Part shown: piece by piece, positions 1 through 15,500 of the stretch
How the letters are laid out: every line of letters begins with the position of its first letter
Position numbering within the stretch: position 1 is the first letter of the stretch
The notes under the pieces: generated by a model
The model's input: the letters and a program-made list of their open reading frames with translations, nothing else
Told to the model about the DNA's origin: nothing
Databases searched by the model: none
Program-made: the position numbers and the translations under genes
Origin: Ylistrum balloti
Lineage: Eukaryota
DNA: 64,000 nucleotides
Reading direction: 5' to 3'
NCBI RefSeq assembly: GCF_031769215.1
Contig: NW_026782027.1
Span: 434,001-498,000, forward strand

Positions 1-594
1 TTTCACATGTTATCAAAACATTTCGAGCAGAAAAGATTCGTTTTTCAAGATAAGAAAATGTTTTAAAATCTCCATATATTGATTTAGTTTTAGGTGTTTG
101 TTTCTCGTTATTTCACCTCATCCGTCATTATGACAAATACAGAATCCTTCGGACATAACATTTTTCACAGTATTTCCATAAATGAGAATAATTTGGAACA
201 ACTTTTATCATTAATACCGTAATGTGCAGTTAGTACATAGCTTGATTTGATCCTTCCGACAATAGTTCTAATAACGTTTTCTTATTCAATAGCTTAAATA
301 GTATTTTTCAAATATACAGTTATGATAAACTGTTTAAAGCATATTTTGTGTTGCTATGTCCACCTGATTGGCTTCTCGTGTAAATACGTTGTCATGAAAC
401 TATGATATAATTGTTTGATTAAGATTTACTTAAAGTTTTGCGTATAATGCATTAGATAAAAAAAAAACTCATGATAGAAGATACTATTTACATGCTTGTG
501 GACAGTACCAGTATAAGACACACGACATGTTTATTATTCGTATTAAGGAATGAGAAAAGAGATCATTGAGAAATCATCTGACACAATATCTCAC

Positions 595-3500
595 CAGATA
601 TGTATCCAACAGGGAGAATTTCATTCTCAGGAATTTCTTCAGATTACCGATGGTCACTGCAGCCGGACACAACAGGTATCGGATATCAATGGTCTGTAAA
701 AAAAAAAGGGCCAAATACGATGCATAAGAAATGTTTATTTACAAGGTTAAATTGCTCTGAACAAATATGTTTATACTAACATCATGCCATGGAATATTGT
801 CAGAAATATAAGAAATATACACCATACTAATAAAATGACGTTATACTGTACATGTTTTGAGGTGATTCTGTCCGAGATTATTTCCAGCGCAGTTTCATAG
901 CCTTTGATGATTTGAAACATTTTCATTTCATAGGTAATTTCGTATGTTGATAGTACCTCCAATCGTTATCATTACTGAGGGACAATTCACACAATCGTAA
1001 TAGATTATACACAAACTGATTAAATTATTTAAGTCAATCAGATGAAAATCATGGAATTGAAATACAACAAAGTTACATGATAGGTACGTTTTCCACTTTC
1101 CGCTTGTATATCACGATAAAAAGTAAATAAAAACAAACCGATTAGCCTCAATTTCCCCTCCCACTCCCATACGTATACTTATTCACAAGGACTTCATTAT
1201 TTCATAGATTTAAACTTTTAGAAGAATGAAATTAGAAAACAGTTCTTCTATTACAACCAATATGTAGGTATAGTATTACTACCTAATGTACACATTAAAG
1301 TTCATCTGTTTGACTTGTTTTCGGTATAATCTTATCGCCATTTTGTCACACTATTGTGCAGCTTACACAGGATTAAACAATAGCCGAATTGTCGATATTT
1401 ACTTTCTCGCACTCTTTTACTCAGGAACAAATACGCCTCTAAATAATCATTTGTAATAGGTATTACACATTTTATAACTGATTGTGATATGTGTATAAGA
1501 CCTATCATTCCACACTTATTTTAATGTTGTATATGTTCACAACCAATACATTTTATCTCATATAATATGGCTGTTTAATGCTTGGTATTCTATCTGAATA
1601 TTTCTTCCATTAACATAATTTTAAATAATATTCAACAATCCACAATTAAAAGAGGTAACATGTTAAGTATAATATATTCGCCCAAGAGACGTTTCCTAAA
1701 GATTCGCATTGATTTTTTATCATCTCATATAATACATACCTGATTTTCTGTTTCAATGTCATCACATGCCGAGAGACTGCAGAAATAAACATAAATCGTC
1801 AATAATTAATAAGGTATATATATGATCTTTTGTTTAACTTTTGACAGGTTGATAAGAAATTTCGTTTTTTCTTTCCTTGAATGAATGCATTGATTTTACA
1901 GTGATATATTCATCTTATCAGTTCACCATTCAGTGGTTAAATAATATCAAATTAAAAACAAAAGATGCAAAAGACAACGATACTTACTTTGTTGTGAATT
2001 CAAGCGAAAGGCTGATGTTTTCCTCAGGGGAGATAATTATTCGTTTCCCGATTTCTACTGAACGTTTACCTAGATGTAAAGTATATATCACAAACATGTA
2101 ACCTTTGAACCCTATAGGAAAAAATATGCATTATTCCTCACACATTTGAATCATTTAAACATCGACTATACACCATTGTTCTGGCATTTTGATAAGTTAT
2201 CAACAAATGGAATTTTTTTTTCAATGAAGGTTTGATTACGGAATCTGGATAAATATCAAACCCCTCAACGTCAAGAGAAAGAGCTCATAACTACGATTAC
2301 TCAGGCAGAAGGGCAATGTGTTTCTGATGTGTTTACAAGGGAGACATTATGAAGATACGAGACGATAAAGTTATCTTAATACAAGTTTACTTTCATGATC
2401 ATTCAGTGCGAAAACATAATTTGTATTTGTCCATACCTTGTGATTGGTGTAGATGACTATACTGAGGTATTGTATGTAGGGAATATTATTTATATTGTAT
2501 CCAAAACGTTTCAGGTATGATTTAAATGCAAATTTATTACGACATGATCTGCATATGAAATAATGTGGTTTTGATTTTACGAAATTATACCATCTAAAAA
2601 TAGACCTCACTGGAATTTATACTTTGCTTATTCAACATGACGTATACAGATTGATATAAACCTTTCGACCGTGATTCTTAAATATTTTTGTCAAATTAAG
2701 CATTATTTGTTGTTAATGTGTAGGAACATTGGGGTCATTTAGATGGCGAATCATATAATGCTATACGGGAAAAGTTTGGCATTTCACTTGCAAGCGAAAA
2801 TCTTTAATCAGAATTACAGACAGGGTTGCTTCCTCATGTAATAAAGCAAAAAAACAAAAGGGATGTTTAATTCGGAAGCAATCATCTGTTTATTCTCAAA
2901 CACATTTAATACGCTGTTCATTATGACTACAAACAGACATCGGAAACTGCTACTACTTCAAATTGAAGTCAGGCGATGCACTTGCTATTAATATTTCCTA
3001 TTAGTGAAATATCGGGTGATAACAACTGCAGTCACAGAGACGAGATACAAGGATAGATGTATGGTATTATAGAGTTAAAGCTGATTAACAGATCCAACAA
3101 AAGACCTCCAAAGCCATTTAAACGTTCTCTATAAATATGAGAAGGATTTGTCAATGTCGCGAGATAGATAGGAGATTAATTATCTTAATGCAATGTTAGT
3201 TTTTGCTATTTTTCCTTAGAAGCAATAGTTCTATTTTAGAAGTTCTTTTTCAAGTTTAAATCATAAAGATACAGTAAATCTAAATTTTACATCAAACCGT
3301 CATTAGACTTAAGAGGTTTAATGTAATATGATCCTAAACGAGGTTCGCAGGCTGTGATTGCTCTTAATTGGATAACCATTTCTACCATGTTATGGGATTT
3401 TATCTAACACATATGTTCAAGCTGGAACATTAACATATCATCCTTACACTTTGGAAACCATATTCCGCAAATACAATCTAAAATGTTTTATCAATGTTAG

Positions 3501-6500
3501 AAATGTCAAAACGTCATGGAACCGGATGAATTAACATTTTTTTAATGACAAACACTTAAAGAATGATGATTTTTTGTAATCATTTAAGTCAATCGTTTTT
3601 TACTAAATAACCTATACCATCGTCCTTAGAAATAGGAAATATGCAAAGTACATAATGTATTGTTATAAGTTCAGTAGGTTGTGTAAAGCTGGACAAATCT
3701 ATCTTCTATAATACGTTGTATGGTTATCATGATGATCTTATTGCGATTTTTTAAAATTTCCTTTAGCGATATGAAGCCAAGCGTGTTTCACGCTCGTTAT
3801 TTTTGCCTGGTTGTTTAGTTATTGTTTTCTTTTAATGGCACGTAAGCACAAATTACTTGGATTGACAGAGAATTGAACGGCGGGTTTCGATGAAGCAGAC
3901 GACGCTTACCCTTCGGGAACACTGGTCTTATCCTAATCGTACTTTTTCAGTTGTATCCATGGATATTATCGTTTGTTCTTGTTTTATTTATTTTTGCTGA
4001 ATTTTAGTTTGAATTAAGACTCTGTTGACACATCGGTATTTTCTCTTTTTGTTTTTACTTCTAGGTCTGGGATTTAAAGTCAATTGCAAGTTTGTTGGTT
4101 TTGATAGACTTGAATAAACTTGGTGTAGATATTGTATCACACCAAAACCTAACTTTGATTATTGATTCCTTACTACTTAAGAAGAATGAAAGAAAATATA
4201 TATAACACTCAGTATATCCTTTTGACATCAATAGGTCTAAAGCTGAAATAGCATATGGTATTACGTCCTCCATTAAAATATTGTATATGTTACCTATGGC
4301 TTCGGCATCTGTTTCTTGATCTTGGTTTTTGTAACACGCTCTTCTTCTACTCATCTCATCTAAAAAGAAAACAAATTTTACTTTATGTCATTGTGCCTTT
4401 GATGAAAGGAGCACATTACTAACTTAATCGACTCAATTTATGCAGCATTATATATACAGCCGCATTATTGCAAATCTTGATACTGCATACTTAGCATATA
4501 ATAATACTTTGATTTTTTCATTTTATGTAAGATATTACATATCTGTAAGCAACATGCATCACTTTATCTTTCGTACAATCAATTATGACAATGTTTATTG
4601 CTCATATATAATTCCAGGTCCGTCGAAACTACTTCAAATGAGCATCATAAATTTGTACGATATGGGCATAGATGTGTCGTGAATCACTGCAATGGGAAGT
4701 TTTCGCAATAACGATTCTTATCGTAAGTGTACGTGCTACGAAAAAAAACTACATTAGCTTTTTGTCCCGCTATATTTAAATAGTAGGATAATTGTTGAAA
4801 TATTATCTATCTTTGACTGTGGTCTCTACTTCCATACATCATGTTTAGCTTGTAAACGTACATGTCGGTGTCACTGTACTCAGATTCTGGTATGTCGTCA
4901 ATCGTCCTTATTAATAGACGTGGCTTTGCAGTGCCATTTCTGTTTCATTTGCCTCTACTTTATCCAATTCTTAATTGGTATTGAAATGTGTTGTCTCTTT
5001 TACATTGATGGTGGACGTAAACTTTCCACGGTTTGCCGTAACCGTAAATACATCGTTTTGATGCATTCACATATACTTGCGTTTTCCATGAACAACCCAT
5101 TTGATAATTGGGAAACGTTTTGAAATATAGCTTATGCACCTTCTATCTACATTTCTTTATATTTCTTTCCATAGTTTTCTTTTTCTTCAACCGCCTTCTA
5201 GGTTTCCAACGTTAGACCCTTAACATCACTGTCGAGTCCTTGAAGGCCGAAACAGCTGTATGATGTAGTTTATTTCAGGAATTGGCTGCGGTGTATTGAA
5301 TTCCAAAGTTATAATGAAAAGTGCTATCTACTTGTGTGTGTTTTGCATAATCTTCCGTTTCCGGTTATGCAGAAAATCGGGGTACATTTAGCAACAAGCA
5401 GAAGAGCAAGTTTTGTAGTGTGCTTTGAAATCCATCGACTATCATTATCACTCCGGTTATAACGAATACTTTATTTTATGAAGACGAATAATATTAATTA
5501 ACTGAATCGACATAAGGAATACTTGAAATACGAAATGCGTGATTAGATTTTCGGTTAGTTTATACAATATGATGATATATCCAATTTGTAACAACGAACC
5601 AACATTCTTTAAATATGGAAAATCAGTGTGAGTACATGATTTTTACTCATTAAAGAATAACATAAAACTATCAATATGTTAACAAAAACTTTCTTTGAAT
5701 TCCCAATTTTTGGTATGACGGCATACTTAACACGGAGGCCCTAGTGAACGGAATTATTGTCCTGTGTAACAAACATGAAATTTACAGCAATAGTGATGCG
5801 TGATAAAGGGCTACTGTACAGTTTGTCCAATCATTCTTTTCCATTTTAAAAAGTTTTGTTTTATTTTTCAACACTTTTATAATTCATATTTTACTTATGA
5901 TATGTTTTAAAATGTGTGGTGTTTGTGTATTAATAGTTACCTCTTTCTTTGTGAGTTAGTCTCATTGCGAATTAATACGGAAATCAAGGACTCTCAAAAT
6001 GAAAAAAAATATTTTCGTTGTACATATCTACAAATACATCGTTTGCAAATGACGTTTTGAAATTTGTATTCATAAAATATAAAAAATATAAGGTGATCAC
6101 GATGGAAACAGTTTTTTGTGAAAACCTATATAAAAATCGAAATGAATTTGAAGTTCGATTATTTTGTTCAAATACCATTTTGTTTACGAAATATTAGACT
6201 TATTATTAGTAACGTTCAACATATTAAGGACATAAAATATGCACATATCTGACACAGTGAGATGTTAATTTAGTGTTAAATAAAATCGGACGCATGTACC
6301 GAAAACACCCTAAAGCATTACTTCCTGAATTGTCACTGGAATTTTGATTGTGTATATATATATTATATAATAAAATATCAAATGCTGATGAAGGACAGAT
6401 GTACTTAAGGCAATCGATGTAGTATAGGGCTTAGATTTACAAATAATTTACAAATGATTCTTGACTGGTGTGTGTGATAAATTGTCCACATGCTGCAGTA

Positions 6501-9500
6501 TAAATGAATAATCATTTGTCTCTACATTATCATAATGACTCAGTATGTCTTGTGCGCAGTGAAACATCTTTGAAAGCAGACGTACATTTTTAAAGAAAGA
6601 ATTGACGACGGACGGACGGACGAAGGAATGAATTGATGGATGAGTGGGTGGATTCTTACTATATAGACTGAGATGAATAAACCGGTGACATTTTCATTAA
6701 CAAAATATCTGCCTTTAGAGAATTATTTTCAACATAAAAGACAACGTCGAAGCCTTCAATATGTCTGGGTTTAATTACTTTAGTGACTTCGGCCACAACA
6801 TACATTAAATTCTTCGCACATGTGTATGCATACATTATTTGGTCACAAGTATATCATGTTGCAGGCTTGTTTTCATTCAGTTTACATGACGATCTTTGAT
6901 GTTGCTTCAAATTCACATTAATTTCGATAGCTATAGGAAGTTAATTGAATTTTTGCCCGTGACACCTATAATGTCAACAAACATTGATGGTCATTTTGCT
7001 GGATACGATGGCATGAGGAGGTTGACTTTGAAATCGACACACAGAGACTACAGATAACTGACTTGATGTGAACACGGAAAAGAACAAATATTGATTTACT
7101 TATCATCAACATAATACTATAGTAATTAAACCATAAACAAAAGAATTATAAATGACTGATTTCCTTCAAAAACTGCAAGTTAGTGAAGTAGTTATCTACA
7201 AAATATTGTCGCATATGAGAATCCGTTATTGGTAAACTGCACGCCTGCCATTCCAAATCCGGAAAAAAACACACAAAAAACCTGTTGTCTCCTTGACTTA
7301 AACAAATACGCCCTTAGCGACATTGTCGAGTCCTAGAATGACGAAAACGCTGTGTTTGATTTATTGTTTGGCTTTAATGTATCTAACTCTTTTATAGTTA
7401 AATGGGCTATTTACTTGTGTGTCTTTTGTCTCATCTTCTAAGGAGTAATGAGATTATCATACAAATGAAAATTCTTTCACTTGATATTTAATATATGAAT
7501 GACCAATGGAAACAAATTCTATTTTCTTTAAATTTTTTTATGCATTTTTTGTAGAAATCTCCAATCAAACTAATTTTTGAAGTTGATGGGTAACTGTGCA
7601 TAAAAAACATACCTGTGAACAGACCGGGAACAGCTTTATAGACAATGTTTTGTAGAAGATGATCTGATCTGGAAAAATGAAAATCGAATGATTATGTAAA
7701 CAACATCTGACTACCTTTATAATCGGTGATACGAAAATCAGCCGGAGTGTATCAATTAGTATTACTTATAAAAGGTAAATCTATAGTGCTGTTGCACTGT
7801 AATTACGTCTGTCAGTGGCGCGTCATACGTGGAGAACGTCTTCACAAGGCAATGGTCGTTGCGAAGACGTAACTTCCGACACAAATGAACAATAGATGAC
7901 ATATTCATTATTCATTAAAAACACATATCAGATGAACATGATTCTGTCATTTAATATAAATTTTATATGATACAAGTTTTTTGGCAAACAATTGTATCAT
8001 GACGTCATAATTACGTTGAAAATTACGTCATAGTCATTATCATAACGGTCATGATCAATGAGACGTCACTGTCGTTAAATTACTTACATATTGGTTTGAT
8101 TAGAATATAGTATTAGACACATCAGTTCTACTCCAGACACTAGACGTCATTACACAGGGATTTATACAGTGTAAACATCTAGCTGTCAACAAATATACAC
8201 CAAAATGTGCACGTTCTATCTGTTGTTGTTCGGCACATTCCAATTATTCTAAAGTAACACCTGTGAGGAAACCAGATTACAATGTATCACAAAAATTAAA
8301 CTATTTTTAATTGATTTTTAATCATTATAGGTTTGTTGTTTTATATGACTTTTTATTTAGAATTTTAGCTTTGTGTTATTATGGTAGATTGTGTTAATAA
8401 TTTCAAATAACTAAATACAAAGTCAAGCAGGGTATCGACTGAAATTCTATCAATCTACGACAAAATGGAGGAAAGCGATTTACAGATCTAATCAATCAGA
8501 ATATCGCCAAATTGTGAAGGAAACGTAAAATCAAAATCGTGAAAACATAGAATTCATTTCTAGTAATATTGTAACAAATTCTGATAATGACATGAAAGAA
8601 ATAAAAATAAAAGTTTACAAATTTGAATTTATTTTTTTATTTGTAAATATTGTTTTGAAAAGCGAATTGTGGAATGATGATAACATAAGTATAACAACGA
8701 CGAATGTTAAGAATTACAATTTTTATTTCTCACCTTAATTCCGAGAATGGATTTTTCTTGTGTACTAAGCCTGTACATACTGGACAATAGTGACTCGTCT
8801 GCAGATAGTGGACTATACAAGTCTTACAGACTGGAATGAAAAGAAATAAAACTCATCACCATAACGACAAGAATATGTTGTAAGTCTCTTAAATTGCAAT
8901 ATATCAATATTGTCGTCAAACGAATTATTCTCACATGTGATTTTGGATTCTGATATTAGGGAATAAGCAATCCTCTCAGATGTTCATTATATTTTTATTA
9001 CTACTAAATTGCTTCAAGAATAATTTTTTCGGCATATTTTTTCTGTATATTTTTCCGATTTTTTTACAAGGTGCGAAGACAAATATCAAATGTACACTCT
9101 TGCTCTATTTCTTCTTAAAAGGAAATTTTATATGACGCATCCGAATATATTTAATAGTGTATACCACAAATAAAACAAATAAATACAGTATCATATACCA
9201 AAGTACATATATGTCATTTTATACGTAAATCAATGTTCTTTGTATGACGAAATGGCATATACATTACACCAACACATCATTCCCTGTAATATCATTGGAC
9301 AAAACGTTGTGACGGATGTATGGTTATCTAATACACGTGACGATTTCTCAATTTTAAGAAACCATTTATTATTATTCTTATCTGGTCGTTGAGACATACA
9401 TCGTCTTGAATGACAGATAAAGTATATCTATTTTATTTAGGTTTAATCTAGATGCACTTTTAGGAATTAATGAAACACTTATCAACAGAATTTTTTTTAA

Positions 9501-12500
9501 TCTATTATTCAAGACATGCTGTAGACATTTTGATAAATTGTATTACGTTTTTCTTTGCACATCAAGGCATGGTCACCAAATTTCCAAAGTTTAAGAGAGC
9601 AGACATGATAACATTTAAAGGTTGACTAATGTCATCTGCATATTCAAAAGGATTATAAACTTAAACACTTCTAGTTCCATTTTGATGGTTTGATAATATT
9701 TTACATAAAGTACTACGATCTATACAGCCTTTCCCTATTTCGGGTTATTCAAAAGTGTTCCAAACAAAATAACTTTATTCAGATGTATCTGATAAGACGA
9801 TCGGGTGTAATTATCGTTTGTTTCAGGCTGAAGACAATAGGCTATTCTCGTGGAAGGATGATTGAGGCCGACTATGCTGCCGCTGCAAATAACACATCTA
9901 ATGACGATGTCAGACAAATCTGAAGTACGATTTAGGGCCTGTCAGTCTATCTCTTGTAGAGAATCTATTTTACATATATTGTTTGGATATCGTCCCAGTT
10001 TTCAAAGCGTTCAAGGTTAAATTAAGTCTTTGTCAAGTTAAAAACAACACGTTTGCTTGAAAATGCAAAACTTTGTTGACAAACATGTGTGGTCTTGTTT
10101 TAAGTTCGCTTTAATTTGCGTTTTAAATTGAATGCTTTCATTCTCGTGCCAAGTACCGTCTGAATGTTCTCTCTCGTGCCAAGTACCGTCTTTAAAACAA
10201 GAACATTCGCTAAGATACATGTATCATAATAAATTTACTTGATTCATAATGCTATAGTTCACACATATACAACACAACAACTTTTTCTTCAGACAACATA
10301 CATCTTTCTATTATTGATACTTTTTTTTTCAAATTTGAAGTCTATTTTAATATGTATGATGCTTGCGTAATATGACCTTTAACGCATGACAGTGTATTTC
10401 GGTTAACATGTTTTAAAAAGAAACTGTGACTTTCAGTATGGTGTCTGCCTCTCCTTTTTTTCCAATTTTGGACAGACATTTATTATTAGATTTTGCTGGT
10501 CCGTCCATTTAACTGAATAAATCTAACTATGATTAACTAATCTTAATAAATTTGGCAAATAACGGCGCTTCAATTTACGCTAAAATCAGTACAGGCCTCT
10601 TGACGAGTACCAGAATATTGTTGCGTGTTAGTGATAGTACAGATAAACAAAACAATGAAAATATAACCCACACCTCCTTATACATTACATTCTCCGAGTG
10701 GAGTTGAAATGTTTAAACCATCATCTTAAAACAAAATTTTTATGTACGGTATTTCATTTCAGTAACGGGTCACGGAATACTTATGCAGAAACATACCAAC
10801 ATGTCAACATAATCATAATCAAAACTCAAATTCAATAAAACTAGAGAAAATTTTAACATAAGGAAGACTTTTAGCAGACTATCAAAAAGCACAAGGATCA
10901 TAAGATCAGGTGTAAAATACCTATATATTTTTTCTTATCTTATGAAAAGTCATCTTGTCGTTTAAAGTGACACAGTCATAGACCATGCATAAGTTTTCCT
11001 TGTGTATTTCATATTTTTTTCATACCTTCAAAAGTAGTTATAATCACAACTAAACCACATCGGTAAACGGTATAACACATTTGAAATAAACGTGTACGCC
11101 GAACATTTTCTGGAAACAAAGACATATTTCCCTGTATTGTCACAATAACACAGATCCCATCTTAATATCATACCATTATCATATCACCGTCCTTACCCCA
11201 AGTCAACTTAGAAATTGAAAATTTCATTTTGATACTGCCTGAAATTCAAATCAACGAAAAACCATTCATTTTCCTGGGGTCAGGGTTAGATTTTTTCATG
11301 GATAAATCTTGATCGCAAAATCCTCTAGTACTATGATATTTGACAATTTTTGTTCACCATTCCGTGGAAATATAAATTTGTAAATTCAGCTTATATACTA
11401 TTTAACCATTGAAACCCCACCCACACACCGACCCCGCCCCATCCCGACCCCATCCCCAACTCCCATCCCCACCTTATGACAACAAACAACACTTTCCAAT
11501 ATCAATATTAAACTCTGACAAAAGACTGACATCGGAACGACGTTTTTTCTCTTTATTGCATTTATACATACACAGTTAAGCTGTGTAAGAGTGTAAGGTA
11601 CGTCATCTGAAGCTGTAACTTGATCAGCGCGACATCAATGGTGTTGGAAACGTGTTTCTATGCAAAGTCTAAGTAGCACGCAACATATACCGGATCTACT
11701 CTGACAGACATCATTAATGTGCATTGTTCGTCAAGTAAGATTTCACAAATAGGTGTGCGGTTCCACATGGTCGTGACTTTTGATAATATCAAAACAAGTA
11801 AAGTGTTGACGATAAAATAGTCGAAAACAGTACACCATGCAATTCTTCTCGCATAAAAAAAAACAATAAAAATAAACATTTCTGGTAATTGAGTGACAAA
11901 TACAATGCCGATAGGTCATTCACCGAGTTGTCTGCGAGAAAAAAAATACATCGACGGGATCACAACGTGATTTGAAACAAGCCGATTAACTGAAATAATT
12001 CTTTGTGACGCCGTTAATAATTGTCGACATGTTTCAAAAAGCAAAAGAATTAAGGACAACTATAAACTGAACTGTTCTATTTGCCATTTTTTATAGATGT
12101 CTTCAGAGATGATTGCGTCAGTAAAATGACAAATTGCAGCATTTTAAATAGTTTGAATAATGATATATTCTGAGCATTTTATCGTAAAGTAACTTTGAAT
12201 TACAATGTTGAACGGGAATCGGGCTCCGGACGCCTTCGTGAAATGCGAGTGTGCTTCCACTGCGCCATCCAACCACCTAATGATATGACTGAGATAAAAT
12301 GAGAAATATGTCACCAGTGACGATATTGTAAAGCTTCCTTGGAATATTTAGGCATTTTAATCTTTACATAAAGGTTTTTCCAGCAATTTTCTGTTAGGCT
12401 GACATTGACATAGTACCATACTTTTGAAAGATCCGCTTATTTTGCCGAAGTACAGACTGAATAATAGCATTAGACCGCATGTTAGGTTATCAAGCTAGCG

Positions 12501-15500
12501 AATTATATACCAGGGCGTCATCCTGCCGGAAAATAAAAACGACACACCTTTTAATACAACTTAGAAGTAATATACAATAGAGCTAAACAATGCATTTAAA
12601 TACATCATACACCGCAGTGTCTTCTCAGAGATGGAAGTTACACCGCAGTGTCTTCTCAGAGATGGAACATACACCACAGTGTCTTCTCAGAGATGGAAGA
12701 TACACCACAGCGTCTTCTCAGAGAGGGAACATACACCGCAGTGTCTTCTCAGAGATGGAAGATACACCACAGTGTCTTCTCAGAGAGGGAACATACACCG
12801 CAGTGTCTTCTCAGAGATGGAAGATACACCGCAGTGTCTTCTCAGAGATGGAACATACACCGCAGTGTCTTTTCAGAGATGAACGATACACCGCAGTGCC
12901 TTCTCAGAGAGGGAAGATACACCGCAGTGTCTTCTCAGAGATGGAAGATACACCGCAGTGTCTTCTCAGAGATGGAAGATACACCGCAGTGTCTTCTCAG
13001 AGATGGAAGATACACCGCAGTGTCTTCTCAGAGAGGGAAGATACACCGCAGTGTCTTCTCAGAGATGGAAGATACACCGCAGTGTCTTCTCAGAGATGGA
13101 AGATACACCACAGTGTCTTCTCAGAGATGGAAGATACACCGCAGTGTCTTCTCAGAGATGGAAGATACACCGCAGTGTCTTCTCAGAGATGGAACATACA
13201 CCGCAGTGCCTTCTCAGAGATGGAAGATACACCGCAGTGTCTTCTCAGAGATGGAAGATACACCGCAGTGTCTTCTCAGAGATGGAAGTTACACCGCAGT
13301 GTCTTCTCAGAGATGGAAGATACACCACAGCGTCTTCTCAGAGATGGAAGATACACCGCAGTGTCTTCTCAGAGATGGAAGATACACTGCAGTGTCTTCT
13401 CAGAGAGGGAAGATACACCGCAGTGTCTTCTCAGAGATGGAACATACACCGCAGTGCCTTCTCAGAGATGGAAGATACATAGCAGTGTCTTCTTAGACAT
13501 GGAAGATACACCGCATGGAATGGAAGTTACACCGCAGTGTCTTCTCAGAGATGGAAGATACACCGCAGTGTCTTCTCAGAGATGGAAGATACACCACAGT
13601 GTCTTCACAAAGATGAAAGATACACCGCAGTGTCTTCACAGAGATGAAAGATACACCATAGTGTCTACACAAACCCAAGAGGAAAGTACACTACTGTTTT
13701 CATAGAGGAGGAAATACACTGGAATGTCTTTTCACGGGAGGGATATATTTTACAATGTCTTCACATAAGGGGGGGGGGGGGGAGAAACCACACAGTGTCT
13801 TCTCTTAGGAGGAAGGCACACCACAGTGTCTTCACAGAGGAGGGAGTTACATTTTATTGTCTTTATATAGGAGGGAAACATCACAGTGTCTTCTAAAAGG
13901 AGGGGGATACACCACAGTGTCTACACAGAGCGGGAGTCACACCACAATGTCTACACAGAGAGGGAGTCACATCACAGTGTCTTCACAGAGGAGGGAGATG
14001 CATCAAAGTGTCTTCTCAGAAGAGGGAGATATATCAAAGTGTCCTCACAGAGAATGTAAATGCACCAAAGGGTCTTCACAGAGAGGGAGCTACACCACAG
14101 TGTCTTCACAGAGAGGGAGCTACACCACAGTTTCTTCACAGAGAGGGAGATACGCCAAAGTGTCTTAACTGAGAGAGAGATACGCCCAAGTGTCTTTACA
14201 GAGAGAGAGAGAGAGAGCTACACCACAGTGTCTTCACAGAGAGAGGGGGCTACACCACAGTGTCTCCACAGAGAGGGAGATACGCCAAAGTGTCTTAACA
14301 GAGAGGGAGATATGCTAAAGTGTCTTCAAAGAGAGGGAGGTACGTCACAGTGTCTTCACAGAGAGAGAGAGCTACACCACAGTGTCTTCACAGAGAGGGA
14401 GCTACACCACAGTTTCTTCACAGAGAGGGAGATACGCCAAAGTGTCTTAACTGAGAGAGATATACGCCCAAGTGTCTTTACAGAGAGAGAGAGAGCTACA
14501 CCACAGTGTCTTCACAGAGAGAGGGGGCTACACCACAGTGTCTCCACAGAGAGGGAGATACGCCAAAGTGTCTTAACAGAGAGGGAGATACGCTAAAGTG
14601 TCTTCAAAGAGAGGGAGGTACGTCACAGTGTCTTCACAGAGAGAGAGCTACACCACAGTGTCTTCACAGAGAGAGAGAGCTACACCACAGTGTCTTTACA
14701 GAGAGGGAGATACGCCAAAGTGTCTTAACAGAGAGGGAGATACGCTAAAGTGTCTTCAAAGAGAGGGAGCTACACCACAGTGTCTTCACAGAGAGGGAGA
14801 TACGTGAAAGTGTCTTCACAGAGGTGCATGATGCAGCGCAATGCTGAGACTGGCTCTTATCTCTAAAATATTTAAACTGCAATTGATAAAGCGCCTCACA
14901 ATTCAGATCTTTTGGAAACATTTTATAAATTTCAATTGAAGGCCAGAAAAGATAGCAGCGAAATGCAGCTGGGGTTTATTTACAAAATCTGTTTGGATAA
15001 TAGTCACTCTGCAAACCGCAATACATGAAATTATCATTAGTATGGTATTTGAATAATGATTTTGCCCGTGAAATAACATAAGTGTACTTAACTGTGACTT
15101 TTCGATTTCATATATCGGATATTTTTTGTACATAAAACACTTGGGTTTACGGTCACATTTACTGTAAACTTTGTTGCCAAAATACAAAAACAAAAATCTG
15201 CTCATATATTAGATATAGGCTTACTATTTAACACAACACATCAAAATAATCATTGTCTAAGTAACACGTGCATGTTTTTACTTATAAGATTACCTACCGT
15301 CTTAATCAAAATAAATGTCGATTGTTCATCCAGCTGTAGCCATATATTTCATCATTTATGGTATTACCTTATATTGATTTCTGCGCGAATCAATAAGGCT
15401 CGTCTAGCAAAAGACAAGGGCCTTTTCCGGAAAGAACCGACCCGATAATGTCCGGCAATTACATGTACACTTCCCATACAACCTTTGATAGACAAATCTC

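Noticed and set aside
2371-2807. Minus ORF 2371-2610 and a plus-strand candidate exon 2724-2807 ([10 protein letters not shown]...)
   Set aside because: No family resemblance, and neither fits the phase-consistent BMI1-like model, which passes directly from 4294 to 2069.
4061-4354. 97-aa ORF as a stand-alone gene
   Set aside because: Only 4294-4359 is exonic (BMI1-like exon with donor GTAACA). The remainder is intron read-through.
8830-9923. Plus-strand two-exon model ...[15 protein letters not shown]|[16 protein letters not shown]...
   Set aside because: The first piece is the antisense of the BMI1-like exon 2 acceptor and polypyrimidine tract. There is no upstream gene body or recognisable protein.
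12590-14807. Long overlapping plus-strand ORFs (up to 371 aa)
   Set aside because: They are translations of stop-free 31-bp and about 30-bp minisatellites. All three frames give the same cyclic peptide and the arrays lie antisense within an intron.
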